DNA from: Candidatus Saccharimonadota bacterium
GTDB lineage: Bacteria > Patescibacteriota > Gracilibacteria > UBA1369 > 2-02-FULL-48-14
NCBI GenBank assembly: GCA_016699145.1
Contig: CP064962.1
Span: forward strand, 870,001-902,000
Reading direction: 5' to 3'
DNA length: 32,000 bases
Below are positions 1-7,981 of this stretch, one piece after another (position 1 is the first letter of the stretch; every line of letters starts with the position of its first letter). Position numbers and translations under genes: made by a program. The notes below the pieces were generated by a model. The model did not search any database. It saw only the letters and a list, made by a program, of their open reading frames with translations, and was not told where the DNA came from.

Positions 1-1212
1 GAAGCCATCTTGAAACACGTCCGCCTCGCCCAAGCGACCGGCGAAAAACTCACCCCCGACTACCGTGAATTCGCGGTGCTCTACCGCACCAACGCCCAAT
101 CCCGCGTGCTCGAAGAAGCCTTCATGCGTTTTGGCATCCCTTACAAAATTGTAGGTGGGGTCAAATTTTACCTGCGCAAAGAGATCAAAGACCTCATCGC
201 CTACCTGCGTGTCATTCAAAATCCAAACGACAGCGTGAGCCTGCTGCGCATCATCAACACCCCCGCTCGCAAAATCGGACCCAAAGCCATCGAACAGATT
301 CAAAACGAAGCAACCCTCGCGGATGTGTCCTTCTTCACCGCCCTCGAAAAGCAGACCGACTCCAAGGCCATGACTGCCTTCTCGACGCTCATCCACCACT
401 TCCGCAATTTGTCAGAAGAATTCGCCGTTGCCGGCCTCATCAAACACGTCATAGCCGAATCCGGTTACCGCGACATGCTCCTCGCCGACCAATCGCCCGA
501 AGGTGAGGCGCGCCTCCAAAACATCCAAGAACTCATCTCCGTGGCCGACAAATACGAAGCCCTCGAACCCCGCATTTCCCTCGCTACTTTCCTCGAAGAG
601 ATCAGTCTCGTCTCCGACCTCGACGACCTCGACGATGTGCCCAACTCCGTCACCCTCATGACCCTGCACAGCGCCAAGGGTCTGGAATACCCCGTCGTCT
701 TCATCACGGGCCTGGAGGAAGGCATTTTCCCCCACTCACGCGCCCTCTTTGAACCCCACGAACTCGAGGAAGAGCGTCGCCTCATGTACGTGGGCATCAC
801 CCGAGCCATGGACCATCTTTACCTTCTTTACGCCAAGCAGCGCATGCTTTTTGGTGAGTTCAAACAAAACGCACCCTCGCAGTTTTTACTCGATCTGCCC
901 GAAGATTCGGTGGAGGGGAATACGCCCACCCCTGCCGTGCCCGGCTTTGGCGGAAAAATCTTCGGCGACCCCGATTCCAACTTCGTTCCCGAAGTTTCTT
1001 TCACCCCCGATGATCCCGAAAACCGCCCCATCCCTATGGAAGATGACGCCGGCTTCGACATTCCCCAGCTCCAAGACGGCGACCGTGTCTTTCACAAAAC
1101 CTTCGGCGAAGGCGTCGTGATCCAAGTGGCAGGCAGCATGGTAACGGTGGCCTTCAAAATGGCTGGCCTCCGAAAACTCTCGCTGAGCATTGCGCCTTTA
1201 CGAAAAATATAA
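1..1212 (+). CDS. pcrA: UvrD/PcrA-family ATP-dependent DNA helicase, C-terminal part (5' end outside window)
   Basis: The frame is open from base 1. It contains the helicase motif V/VI region VTLMTLHSAKGLEYPVVFITGLEEGIFPH ... ERRLMYVGITRAMDHLYLLY and the C-terminal GDRVFHKTFGEGVVIQV tail typical of PcrA/UvrD. Confidence 0.9.
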   Translation, partial: EAILKHVRLAQATGEKLTPDYREFAVLYRTNAQSRVLEEAFMRFGIPYKIVGGVKFYLRKEIKDLIAYLRVIQNPNDSVSLLRIINTPARKIGPKAIEQIQNEATLADVSFFTALEKQTDSKAMTAFSTLIHHFRNLSEEFAVAGLIKHVIAESGYRDMLLADQSPEGEARLQNIQELISVADKYEALEPRISLATFLEEISLVSDLDDLDDVPNSVTLMTLHSAKGLEYPVVFITGLEEGIFPHSRALFEPHELEEERRLMYVGITRAMDHLYLLYAKQRMLFGEFKQNAPSQFLLDLPEDSVEGNTPTPAVPGFGGKIFGDPDSNFVPEVSFTPDDPENRPIPMEDDAGFDIPQLQDGDRVFHKTFGEGVVIQVAGSMVTVAFKMAGLRKLSLSIAPLRKI

Positions 1213-1268
1213 ATCTTGCAAAATAATACAAAATAGGGTTCTATTGAGATCTACCCATAATTTCAAAC

Positions 1269-1601
1269 ATGAACAGAATAGAAGGTGCTTTCGTTACCCT
1301 TGCTATCGCTGCTGCTGCTGCAGTCACTTATGAAAAGTGCAGTGAAGGCGAAGTAGAAATGGTGATAAGAACAGAAGGAGGCGATATACTCAGAACGGTA
1401 GAGGGTGGAGGGACCGCCTTTTATGAAAGAGGGCAAAATCCTTGTGTTTGGGTAATGCCAGGGCAACACGAACCTGCAGGTGAAATAATTCCTTTACCAC
1501 CCCACCTGGAAGGTGAACCCAAGTGTAAACTAATACTGGCAATTGACGAGCCTGGAGGAACAAAGACAGACGAGCAAATACTCTCGACGCCCAAATCTTG
1601 A
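1269..1601 (+). CDS. hypothetical small protein with hydrophobic N-terminus
   Basis: 110-aa ORF in an AT-richer spacer between the helicase and peptidase genes. N-terminal AFVTLAIAAAAAV segment. No recognisable motif. Confidence 0.3.
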   Translation: MNRIEGAFVTLAIAAAAAVTYEKCSEGEVEMVIRTEGGDILRTVEGGGTAFYERGQNPCVWVMPGQHEPAGEIIPLPPHLEGEPKCKLILAIDEPGGTKTDEQILSTPKS

Positions 1602-1611
1602 AAAAACTCCA

Positions 1612-1630
1612 ATTGTTACATTGTAACAAT
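1612..1630. promoter_or_regulatory. 19-bp perfect palindrome ATTGTTACA-T-TGTAACAAT (possible operator)
   Basis: Read directly from the sequence. It lies between the stop of ORF 1269-1601 and the start of ORF 1716-1988. Confidence 0.3.
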
Positions 1631-1715
1631 GAGCCGCTTTTCACTTTTTCCACCCTAAGCCCCTTTCCAATCGCAAGAAAAAATGCTAGAATAAAAGGAA
1701 ATTAAAAAACAAAAA

Positions 1716-1988
1716 ATGGAAAACTCATCACAGCAGTTACAAGATTTTACAGTCGATGCAAACGTCGTAAAACCGCCAGAAACAAACCTTGCACCGTTAG
1801 AAGAAAATCCTTGGGAAGTCAACAATTTAAGAGACGGTTTCGGAACCGACATCATGCAGGCTTTCAACGTTTCTGAAGGAGGGGATTCCGTCGCCACCTA
1901 CGAAGACCATGACCACCTCGCCCTTGCACCCGCCAACGACGCCTTCGCAAGCAATGAAGGCGAACTCGACTCAAGACTCGCCTCCTAA
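1716..1988 (+). CDS. hypothetical acidic small protein
   Basis: 90-aa ORF with no overlapping better ORF and no recognisable motif. Confidence 0.3.
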   Translation: MENSSQQLQDFTVDANVVKPPETNLAPLEENPWEVNNLRDGFGTDIMQAFNVSEGGDSVATYEDHDHLALAPANDAFASNEGELDSRLAS

Positions 1989-2242
1989 AACCCAAAATTT
2001 CTAGAGGTCCTCTCAAAAAACAGCGCCCTCACCGCTCTGGCCTTTTTGCGAGCGAGCCTCTATAGTGACCGGGCTTAAAATCCATCCATTTCCTCCATGA
2101 GAAATCAAAACTCCATTGCGCGCGCACTTGCCTTTTTGCTGCTCGGTTCGGTGCTCGGCTGGCAAGCCCACGTTTACGACACAGCTCAACCTCAAAAGAG
2201 CCCACCCCCGACCCCACCGCCGAAAACAACGAAGAAATCGAT

Positions 2243-3295
2243 TTGGATCTGTTTTGGAATGTGGACGAACTCATCGATGAGAGCTATGTGGACGTCGAAA
2301 AAATAGACAATCACGCCCAACTTTACGGAGCCATTTCCGGCCTCGTAGAATCCTTAGGTGACCCGTATTCCGTGTTCATGAGCCCTGAAGAAACCGAAAC
2401 GTTCAATAAAAGTCTCAGTGGAGAATTGGAGGGCATTGGGGCCGAGCTCACTGAAAATGAAGCGGGCGAACTCATGATTTTAGCACCACTTAAAAACTCT
2501 CCTGCCGAAAAAGCCGGCATTCTGCCTGGCGATTATATTTACATGGTGAACGGACAACTCACCACGGGCATGAGCCTCTTCGAAGCCATCATGAATATTC
2601 GTGGGGAACCCGGAACCGAAGTGCAACTCACGCTGCTTCGCGAAGGGATGGATGAAGCCATCGAAGTCTCCATCACACGCCAAGCCATCATCGTGCCCAG
2701 CGTGGAATTGAGCACTTTAGAAGAAGAGGGGAAATCCATCGCGCATCTGACCATCAATCAATTCGGCACCGACACCTACAATGAATTCGAAGAAGCCGTG
2801 CGGCAAATCACCCTCGACAATCCCGACGGACTCATTTTGGATCTACGCATGAACGGAGGGGGCTACTTGGACGCCGCTGTCCAAATCACCAGCGAATTTT
2901 TTGAGGATGAAAAAACAGCTGTCATCGTCAAATACCGCGACCGCGACAATCAAGTCATCAAAACCACCGGGGACGGGCAGCTCACCACCATTCCAATGGT
3001 CGTGCTCATCGATGGATACTCGGCTTCTGCTTCTGAAATTTTAGCAGGCACCTTGCAAGATTATGAACGCGCCACCCTCATTGGGGAGCAAAGTTTTGGA
3101 AAAGGCAGCGTGCAAGAACTGGATGAACTCAGCGACGGATCCACCTTACTCCTCACTGTGGCAAAGTGGTACACCCCCCTAGATCGCAGCATCGATGAAA
3201 CCGGCATCACTCCCGACATTGAGGTGAAAAATGAAGCGCAAAACCCCTCGGACTTGCAATTGGATGCGGCCTTGAATTACCTTGTGCAACAATGA
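2243..3295 (+). CDS. S41-family C-terminal processing peptidase (Ctp/Prc-like); N-terminal signal anchor appears to lie in another frame (2097-2215)
   Basis: PDZ segment GIGAELTENEAGELMILAPLKNSPAEKAGILPGDYIYMVNG. S41 catalytic region LDLRMNGGGYL ... VLIDGYSASASEILAG ... GEQSFGKGSVQ (Ser/Lys dyad context). The first canonical start in this frame is TTG at 2243. Confidence 0.85.
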   Translation: MDLFWNVDELIDESYVDVEKIDNHAQLYGAISGLVESLGDPYSVFMSPEETETFNKSLSGELEGIGAELTENEAGELMILAPLKNSPAEKAGILPGDYIYMVNGQLTTGMSLFEAIMNIRGEPGTEVQLTLLREGMDEAIEVSITRQAIIVPSVELSTLEEEGKSIAHLTINQFGTDTYNEFEEAVRQITLDNPDGLILDLRMNGGGYLDAAVQITSEFFEDEKTAVIVKYRDRDNQVIKTTGDGQLTTIPMVVLIDGYSASASEILAGTLQDYERATLIGEQSFGKGSVQELDELSDGSTLLLTVAKWYTPLDRSIDETGITPDIEVKNEAQNPSDLQLDAALNYLVQQ

Positions 3296-4872
3296 AAGTC
3301 CTCCTTTGCGTCCTCGACGGATTTGGCCACGGCAAGCCCTATGCAGGCAATGCCCTAGCGAATGCAAACGCACCTTTTTTAGGCGAACTTTATGCCAAAT
3401 ATCCTTGGACTCTTTTGAACGCCTCCGGTGAAGAGGTGGGCATCCCCGCTGGCACCCAAGGCGGCTCCGAAGTCGGCCACCTGACCATGGGCGCTGGACG
3501 CATCGTGCTGCAACCCCTTCAAGAAATAGATCATTCCATTGCCGACGGCAGCTTTTTTCAAAAACCCGCCTTGCTCGAAGCCGCTGCCCACGCCAAAATG
3601 CACAACTCTGCTTTTCACATTCTGGGAATGATCTCGGACCAAGGCATTCATGCAGATCTGGATCATTGCCTGGCTCTGCTCAACTTCGCCAAACAGCAAG
3701 GCCTCACTAAAGTCTACGTGCACGGCATCACCGATGGTCGCGACGTCCCTCCAAAATCCGTGGACGCTTTCCTTGCCCGCCTGCAGGCTCATATACACGA
3801 ACTCGGCACTGGCAAACTCGCTACGCTCGTGGGGCGCTACTTTGCCATGGATCGCGATAAAAACGAGGATCGCACCGAAGTGGCTTACCAGCTCTACACC
3901 CAGGGCATCGATAAAAACGGCCAGCCCCTCGTCCCTGCTATAGACGCCCTCACGGCCGTCCAAGCGGCCTATGCCTCCGGCCTCGAAAGCGACTATTACC
4001 TCGAACCCGTGCTCCTCGACCGCGAAGGCCTCATCCGCCCGAGCGACGCCGTAGTCTTCTTCAACTTCCGCACCGACCGCGCCGCCCAACTCACCGAGCG
4101 CTTCCTCACACCGACGGCAGCAGACGCTTCCGCTGGTTTTTCCAAACCCCACTTTGTCGCCTTCGATCCTTACACAACCCAAGCCCCCGTCGTCTTCCCG
4201 GAACCCAAAGTCGTGAACAACCTGGGCTCGATGCTCGATCAAGCCGGACTCAAACAACTGCGCATCGCCGAGACCGAAAAATACGCCCACGTCACCTTCT
4301 TCTTCAACAGCCAAGCCAAAGAACCTTTCGCTTCCGAAACTCGCATCATGATCGACTCGCCCAAGTGCGCCTCCTACGCCGAGCAGCCCGAAATGAGCGC
4401 CCTCGGCATCACCAATGCCCTGCTCAAAGAGCTGCAAACTCCTCAAGATGGAAAACCCTACGACTTCATCGCGCTCAATTTTGCCAACCTAGATCTCGTG
4501 GGCCATTCCGGTTCGTACGCCGCCACCGTTAAAGCTGTCGAAACCATCGACGCCTGTCTTGCTCGCCTCGTGCCCGCCGCCCTCGCCGCCGACTATGCTG
4601 TACTCATCACCGGCGACCATGGCAACGCCGAATACATGATTTATGACTCTGCCGTGAACCCCCTCGATGACCCCAAACTCGATGGCACCGAGTGCCCCTC
4701 TCACACTCGCAACCCCGTGCCCTTCATCGTGGCCAGCAAAATGCCCCTAATGCTCCGCCAAAGCTCTCATGACGAAGCCACCGGCGGTCTCAAAGACGTG
4801 GCCCCCACCGTGCTCAAACTGCTTCAGCTTGAAAAACCCGCCGAAATGACCGGCCAGAGTTTAGTGGCTTGA
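3292..4872 (+). CDS. gpmI: 2,3-bisphosphoglycerate-independent phosphoglycerate mutase
   Basis: N-terminal VLLCVLDGFG ... GGSEVGHLTMGAGRIV, and C-terminal metal-site context NFANLDLVGHSG ... ITGDHGNAE, typical of iPGM. 4-bp ATGA overlap with the upstream peptidase gene. Confidence 0.92.
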   Translation: MKVLLCVLDGFGHGKPYAGNALANANAPFLGELYAKYPWTLLNASGEEVGIPAGTQGGSEVGHLTMGAGRIVLQPLQEIDHSIADGSFFQKPALLEAAAHAKMHNSAFHILGMISDQGIHADLDHCLALLNFAKQQGLTKVYVHGITDGRDVPPKSVDAFLARLQAHIHELGTGKLATLVGRYFAMDRDKNEDRTEVAYQLYTQGIDKNGQPLVPAIDALTAVQAAYASGLESDYYLEPVLLDREGLIRPSDAVVFFNFRTDRAAQLTERFLTPTAADASAGFSKPHFVAFDPYTTQAPVVFPEPKVVNNLGSMLDQAGLKQLRIAETEKYAHVTFFFNSQAKEPFASETRIMIDSPKCASYAEQPEMSALGITNALLKELQTPQDGKPYDFIALNFANLDLVGHSGSYAATVKAVETIDACLARLVPAALAADYAVLITGDHGNAEYMIYDSAVNPLDDPKLDGTECPSHTRNPVPFIVASKMPLMLRQSSHDEATGGLKDVAPTVLKLLQLEKPAEMTGQSLVA

Positions 4873-4885
4873 GTAAGTCTCGTAT

Positions 4886-5710
4886 TCAATGCTCCATGTG
4901 CGAAGAATCCTCTTCCGAACCCCTTGCATTCTCCGTCACTTCAAACGCAAAAGGGAAGGTATAGATTTGTCCCCCCACTTGGAACTGGGTGAAACTTTGA
5001 TAAAGGCCCGGTTCTTCAAAAAGCACCTCAAATTGAAGCCCGTCTTCCACCGGGTGACTGTGCAAATAATCTAAACTTTCGCTACGCAAAATGACGCAGT
5101 GCCCCTCAGCCCCCAAATAAGGTTCAAGTTCCACTTCTTCACCGTCTTTTTCCACTTCAAACGAAAGCTTCATTTCAGTGCCAGTGAAAAGAGTTTCCGG
5201 AAAAATTGGACTTACGGTAAAAGATCCCACAGGGAAAGGCTCAAGCACACCCGCAATCAAAGGCTCAGCCACAAACTGAGGCTCCTCCCCCACTTGCACC
5301 GAACTTTGTAAAACCGTTTGGGTCAAATGTTCAGGAGTGAAATCCGCATAAATTTTATAAGGCCCATTTTTTGGGAAAGCCAAATCCACACTGAATTCGC
5401 CCGTCTCTTTATCAAAATCGGGATGAAGGTGTTGAAATTCCGTCAAATCTTCACGCACCACAACCAGATGCAAAAGTTTTTCATGCACCCGCGCAAAATC
5501 CTTCAGCACTTCCCCATTGATGTCCCGGATCACAAAACGCAACTCCACCCGTTCCTCTGGTGTCAGGTTTTCCATATTGGAGGTGAGCTCCAAATGCATG
5601 CCAGCAGGGGCATGAACCAGGTTTAAAACACTCCAGACCAGGGCTGCAAAGAGCGCGAGATTAAAAATGAAAAACAAAAATTTCCAGGGTTTTTTCGCAA
5701 AAGTTTTCAT
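4886..5710 (-). CDS. membrane-anchored/secreted hypothetical protein with two HxHP-containing repeats
   Basis: N-terminal anchor KFLFFIFNLALFAALVWSVL. Two related segments, LLHLVVVREDLTEFQHLHP ... FPKNGPYKIYADF and GHCVILRSESLDYLHSHP ... FEEPGLYQSFTQF. Confidence 0.6.
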   Translation of the reverse strand: MKTFAKKPWKFLFFIFNLALFAALVWSVLNLVHAPAGMHLELTSNMENLTPEERVELRFVIRDINGEVLKDFARVHEKLLHLVVVREDLTEFQHLHPDFDKETGEFSVDLAFPKNGPYKIYADFTPEHLTQTVLQSSVQVGEEPQFVAEPLIAGVLEPFPVGSFTVSPIFPETLFTGTEMKLSFEVEKDGEEVELEPYLGAEGHCVILRSESLDYLHSHPVEDGLQFEVLFEEPGLYQSFTQFQVGGQIYTFPFAFEVTENARGSEEDSSHMEH

Positions 5711-5720
5711 GCGCCCAGTC

Positions 5721-5927
5721 TAGAGGTTAAGTCAAAAAAAGGGAAGGACAAGAACGCAGAGAATTTTAAGCTGAAAAAGTTGAAGACGAAAGAGACCTAG
5801 CTGGCTAAGTCGACTGAGGATGAAGCTTTTGTAAGCAAAATAATCCAGTTCTTGCCTTTAAGAGTGGAAGGATAGGCACGAAGTCAGTGCCGTCCTAAAC
5901 ACTCTGATCTTTTTTTGACTTAGCCTC
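5721..5927. repeat. structured intergenic repeat, copy 1 (carries a 55-nt internal insertion at 5772-5826)
   Basis: Near-identical interior to 31437-31591. Terminal inverted arms GAGGTTAAGTCAAAAAAA / TTTTTTTGACTTAGCCTC. Internal hairpins AGAGTG..CACTCT and GGATAGGCAC..GTGCCGTCC. Confidence 0.75.
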
Positions 5928-5932
5928 CGGCA

Positions 5933-6433
5933 TCACAAATGGCAAGACCCAAGCCCTCGTTTTGCCAAGTACTTTTGGTGAGCCTCTTCCGCCCGCCAAA
6001 ATTTTGCTTCGGGCACAATCTGAGTCACAATTTTCCGCTGATGCTGTCCGCTTGCTTCCAAGGCCGCCAAAGAAGCTTCCGCCTCCGCCTTCTGCTCCGG
6101 CGTGCTGTAAAAAATCACACTGCGGTATTGGCTACCATAATCCGGCCCCTGACGATTCCACTGAGTCGGGTTGTGATTGTTCCAAAACACCTCCAGCAAC
6201 TTTTCGTAACTCACTTCACCCGGATCATATTGCACCTGCACCACCTCGGCATGCCCTGTTTGATCGGTGCATACATCTTGGTAACTCGGATTCTCCAAAG
6301 CCCCACCCATGTAACCCACAGCCGTTTCTTTCACTCCGGGCACAGCACGAAAAGCCTCCTCAACTCCCCAGAAACATCCGGCTCCAAACGTGGCGATTTG
6401 TGTGGTCATTTTCAACTGAATATGCATAAGCAA
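5933..6433 (-). CDS. msrA: peptide-methionine (S)-S-oxide reductase
   Basis: Active-site motif FGAGCFWGVEEAF plus GYMGG ... HAEVVQV ... QGPDYGSQYRS. The true start may be the internal Met at 6409 (MTTQIATFGAGCFWG). Confidence 0.92.
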   Translation of the reverse strand: MLMHIQLKMTTQIATFGAGCFWGVEEAFRAVPGVKETAVGYMGGALENPSYQDVCTDQTGHAEVVQVQYDPGEVSYEKLLEVFWNNHNPTQWNRQGPDYGSQYRSVIFYSTPEQKAEAEASLAALEASGQHQRKIVTQIVPEAKFWRAEEAHQKYLAKRGLGSCHL

Positions 6434-6485
6434 TGTTGATAAATTTCAATGAATTTGTAAAGGTGAAGACCACAGTTTGCTAAGC

Positions 6486-7244
6486 CTACACCATCAATTG
6501 ACGAACAAAATTCGCCTTAAAAACCATGCCTTGAGGCACCCAACGTCCATGCACAATAAGGGGGTCTTCATCTGGGACAAAGCGTCCATCAATGAAAAAT
6601 AAACTTCCATTGGCATTTTCTGGAAGGCTCCAATTCTGTATTAATAATTGCCCATTTTCGTGCAAATGGGAATAGATAAGATCGAGTATCGTCTCAGACA
6701 AAGCAAGCCAAATAGGATATCTTCGAAAGCCTAAATCTTTTTCACACTTTGTTATGGTCACGATTGCATCGCGCATGCCCATGACAAAAGAACAATTCGA
6801 CTCAGGCCGAAAAACCTCCTCAATCATAATACGGACATGCTCCAAAAGGGCTGAAAGCTCGCCTTCCAAGTGAGCCTCAATGCGCCCCGATTCCATGAGC
6901 TGAACATGCTGCACCATGTCGTGCATGGCCATCTTTGCATCTTCAGTAGAAGCAGCAACGGTAAATCCCTGACGTGGATAGCTCGTTTTGGGCTGCCAGA
7001 GCACAGTTATCCCATTCCACCACGATGCATCCTTCTTATTGAGGTCCACATGAAGGGGGAGGTTCCGCATGAGATCTGGAAGTTTACTGGTGGGCAAATC
7101 AGCCAGGCCCCTGCTTACGCCAATATTTCTTACAGACAGCACTCGCTCTCCACAACCTCTCCTTCCAGGGTCTCTCGAAAGGAATTCAAGCACACTTGCT
7201 TTTGCTTCTTCATCCTCCGACAATGCTCGATAAATCGAATCCAT
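6486..7244 (-). CDS. hypothetical protein
   Basis: 252-aa ORF in an AT-richer block between msrA and tRNA-Ser(CGA). No motif recognised. Confidence 0.5.
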   Translation of the reverse strand: MDSIYRALSEDEEAKASVLEFLSRDPGRRGCGERVLSVRNIGVSRGLADLPTSKLPDLMRNLPLHVDLNKKDASWWNGITVLWQPKTSYPRQGFTVAASTEDAKMAMHDMVQHVQLMESGRIEAHLEGELSALLEHVRIMIEEVFRPESNCSFVMGMRDAIVTITKCEKDLGFRRYPIWLALSETILDLIYSHLHENGQLLIQNWSLPENANGSLFFIDGRFVPDEDPLIVHGRWVPQGMVFKANFVRQLMV

Positions 7245-7401
7245 AGCCTAAAAATTTGGATAAACTTAAATAGGACCCATTGTATCACTCCCGTCAAGCG
7301 TTGCGCTCGAGTCATTCCTCATTTTGGGCAATTACCAATTCAGGATGTTTGCAAAAATATTTCTAACCTTGTAACGTACGGGAAAAGAGGAAGCATGAAT
7401 T

Positions 7402-7866
7402 ATGCAGAAACGAAGTTACTTACTGTCACTTGAAGAAAATAAAGGAATTCTAAAACAGAAACTCAATAATTTAATTAAGAAATATCAAGGCCAACCCGTT
7501 GGGAATGGATATATTGATATTATTTTATCTTTTGAACAAGCCTCACATTTTATCAAAGATTTAACAAAGCTAGGGATCGCAGTGGAGACCATAAGCTGGT
7601 GGTGTCATTGCCTTGCAGGAAACGAAAAGAAATCAACGTGCCCACATGGGTATGGTGGACCTCGAGCGAAATACAGAGAAGGCTGGTTCAGTGAATTGAG
7701 TCAATACTCAGATATAATGGAAGAAAAAGAGTTAAACGAATCTGTGGAGAAAATAAACGAGAAAGCTCAATTAAAATTGAATACGCCAGAACCTTTTTTG
7801 AAAAAACTTGCATGCTTAACGCCTGGCCTTTGGCTATATGTGCCTGAAGACTGGCAAAGAGAGTGA
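7402..7866 (+). CDS. hypothetical protein
   Basis: 154-aa ORF in the same AT-richer block, ending 24 nt before the tRNA 3' end. No motif recognised. Confidence 0.45.
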   Translation: MQKRSYLLSLEENKGILKQKLNNLIKKYQGQPVGNGYIDIILSFEQASHFIKDLTKLGIAVETISWWCHCLAGNEKKSTCPHGYGGPRAKYREGWFSELSQYSDIMEEKELNESVEKINEKAQLKLNTPEPFLKKLACLTPGLWLYVPEDWQRE

Positions 7867-7889
7867 AAATGCAATCCTCTCAAATGTTT

Positions 7890-7979
7890 TGGCGGAGAGG
7901 GCGGGATTCGAACCCGCGATACGGTTACCCGTATGCCGCTTTTCGAGAGCGGTGCCTTCAACCACTCGGCCACCTCTCC
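7890..7979 (-). tRNA. tRNA-Ser (anticodon CGA), CCA encoded
   Basis: The reverse complement folds as GGAGAGG/CCTCTCC acceptor, anticodon stem CCGCT/AGCGG with loop CTCGAAA, a long variable arm, T arm GCGGG-TTCGAAT-CCCGC, discriminator G and CCA. Confidence 0.9.
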
Positions 7980-7981
7980 TA

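Noticed and set aside
412-1125. Several 77-123-aa ORFs overlapping the helicase gene on both strands
   Set aside because: These are alternative-frame or antisense shadows of a well-supported helicase frame, with low-complexity composition.
3379-4446. 355-aa ORF on the minus strand
   Set aside because: It lies entirely antisense to gpmI, which has clear family motifs. It is Gly/Ala/Val/Glu-rich, typical of a shadow ORF in GC-richer coding DNA.
5721-5927. Assigning the structured repeat to 6S RNA, SRP RNA or a simple Rho-independent terminator
   Set aside because: No SRP helix-8 or 6S central-bubble features were recognisable. It occurs in two copies, one with an insertion. The U-run is sequestered in the outer stem rather than trailing a hairpin. 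It is left unassigned.
5939-6439. Two plus-strand ORFs of 155-166 aa
   Set aside because: They are antisense to msrA, whose GCFWG active-site motif identifies the real frame.
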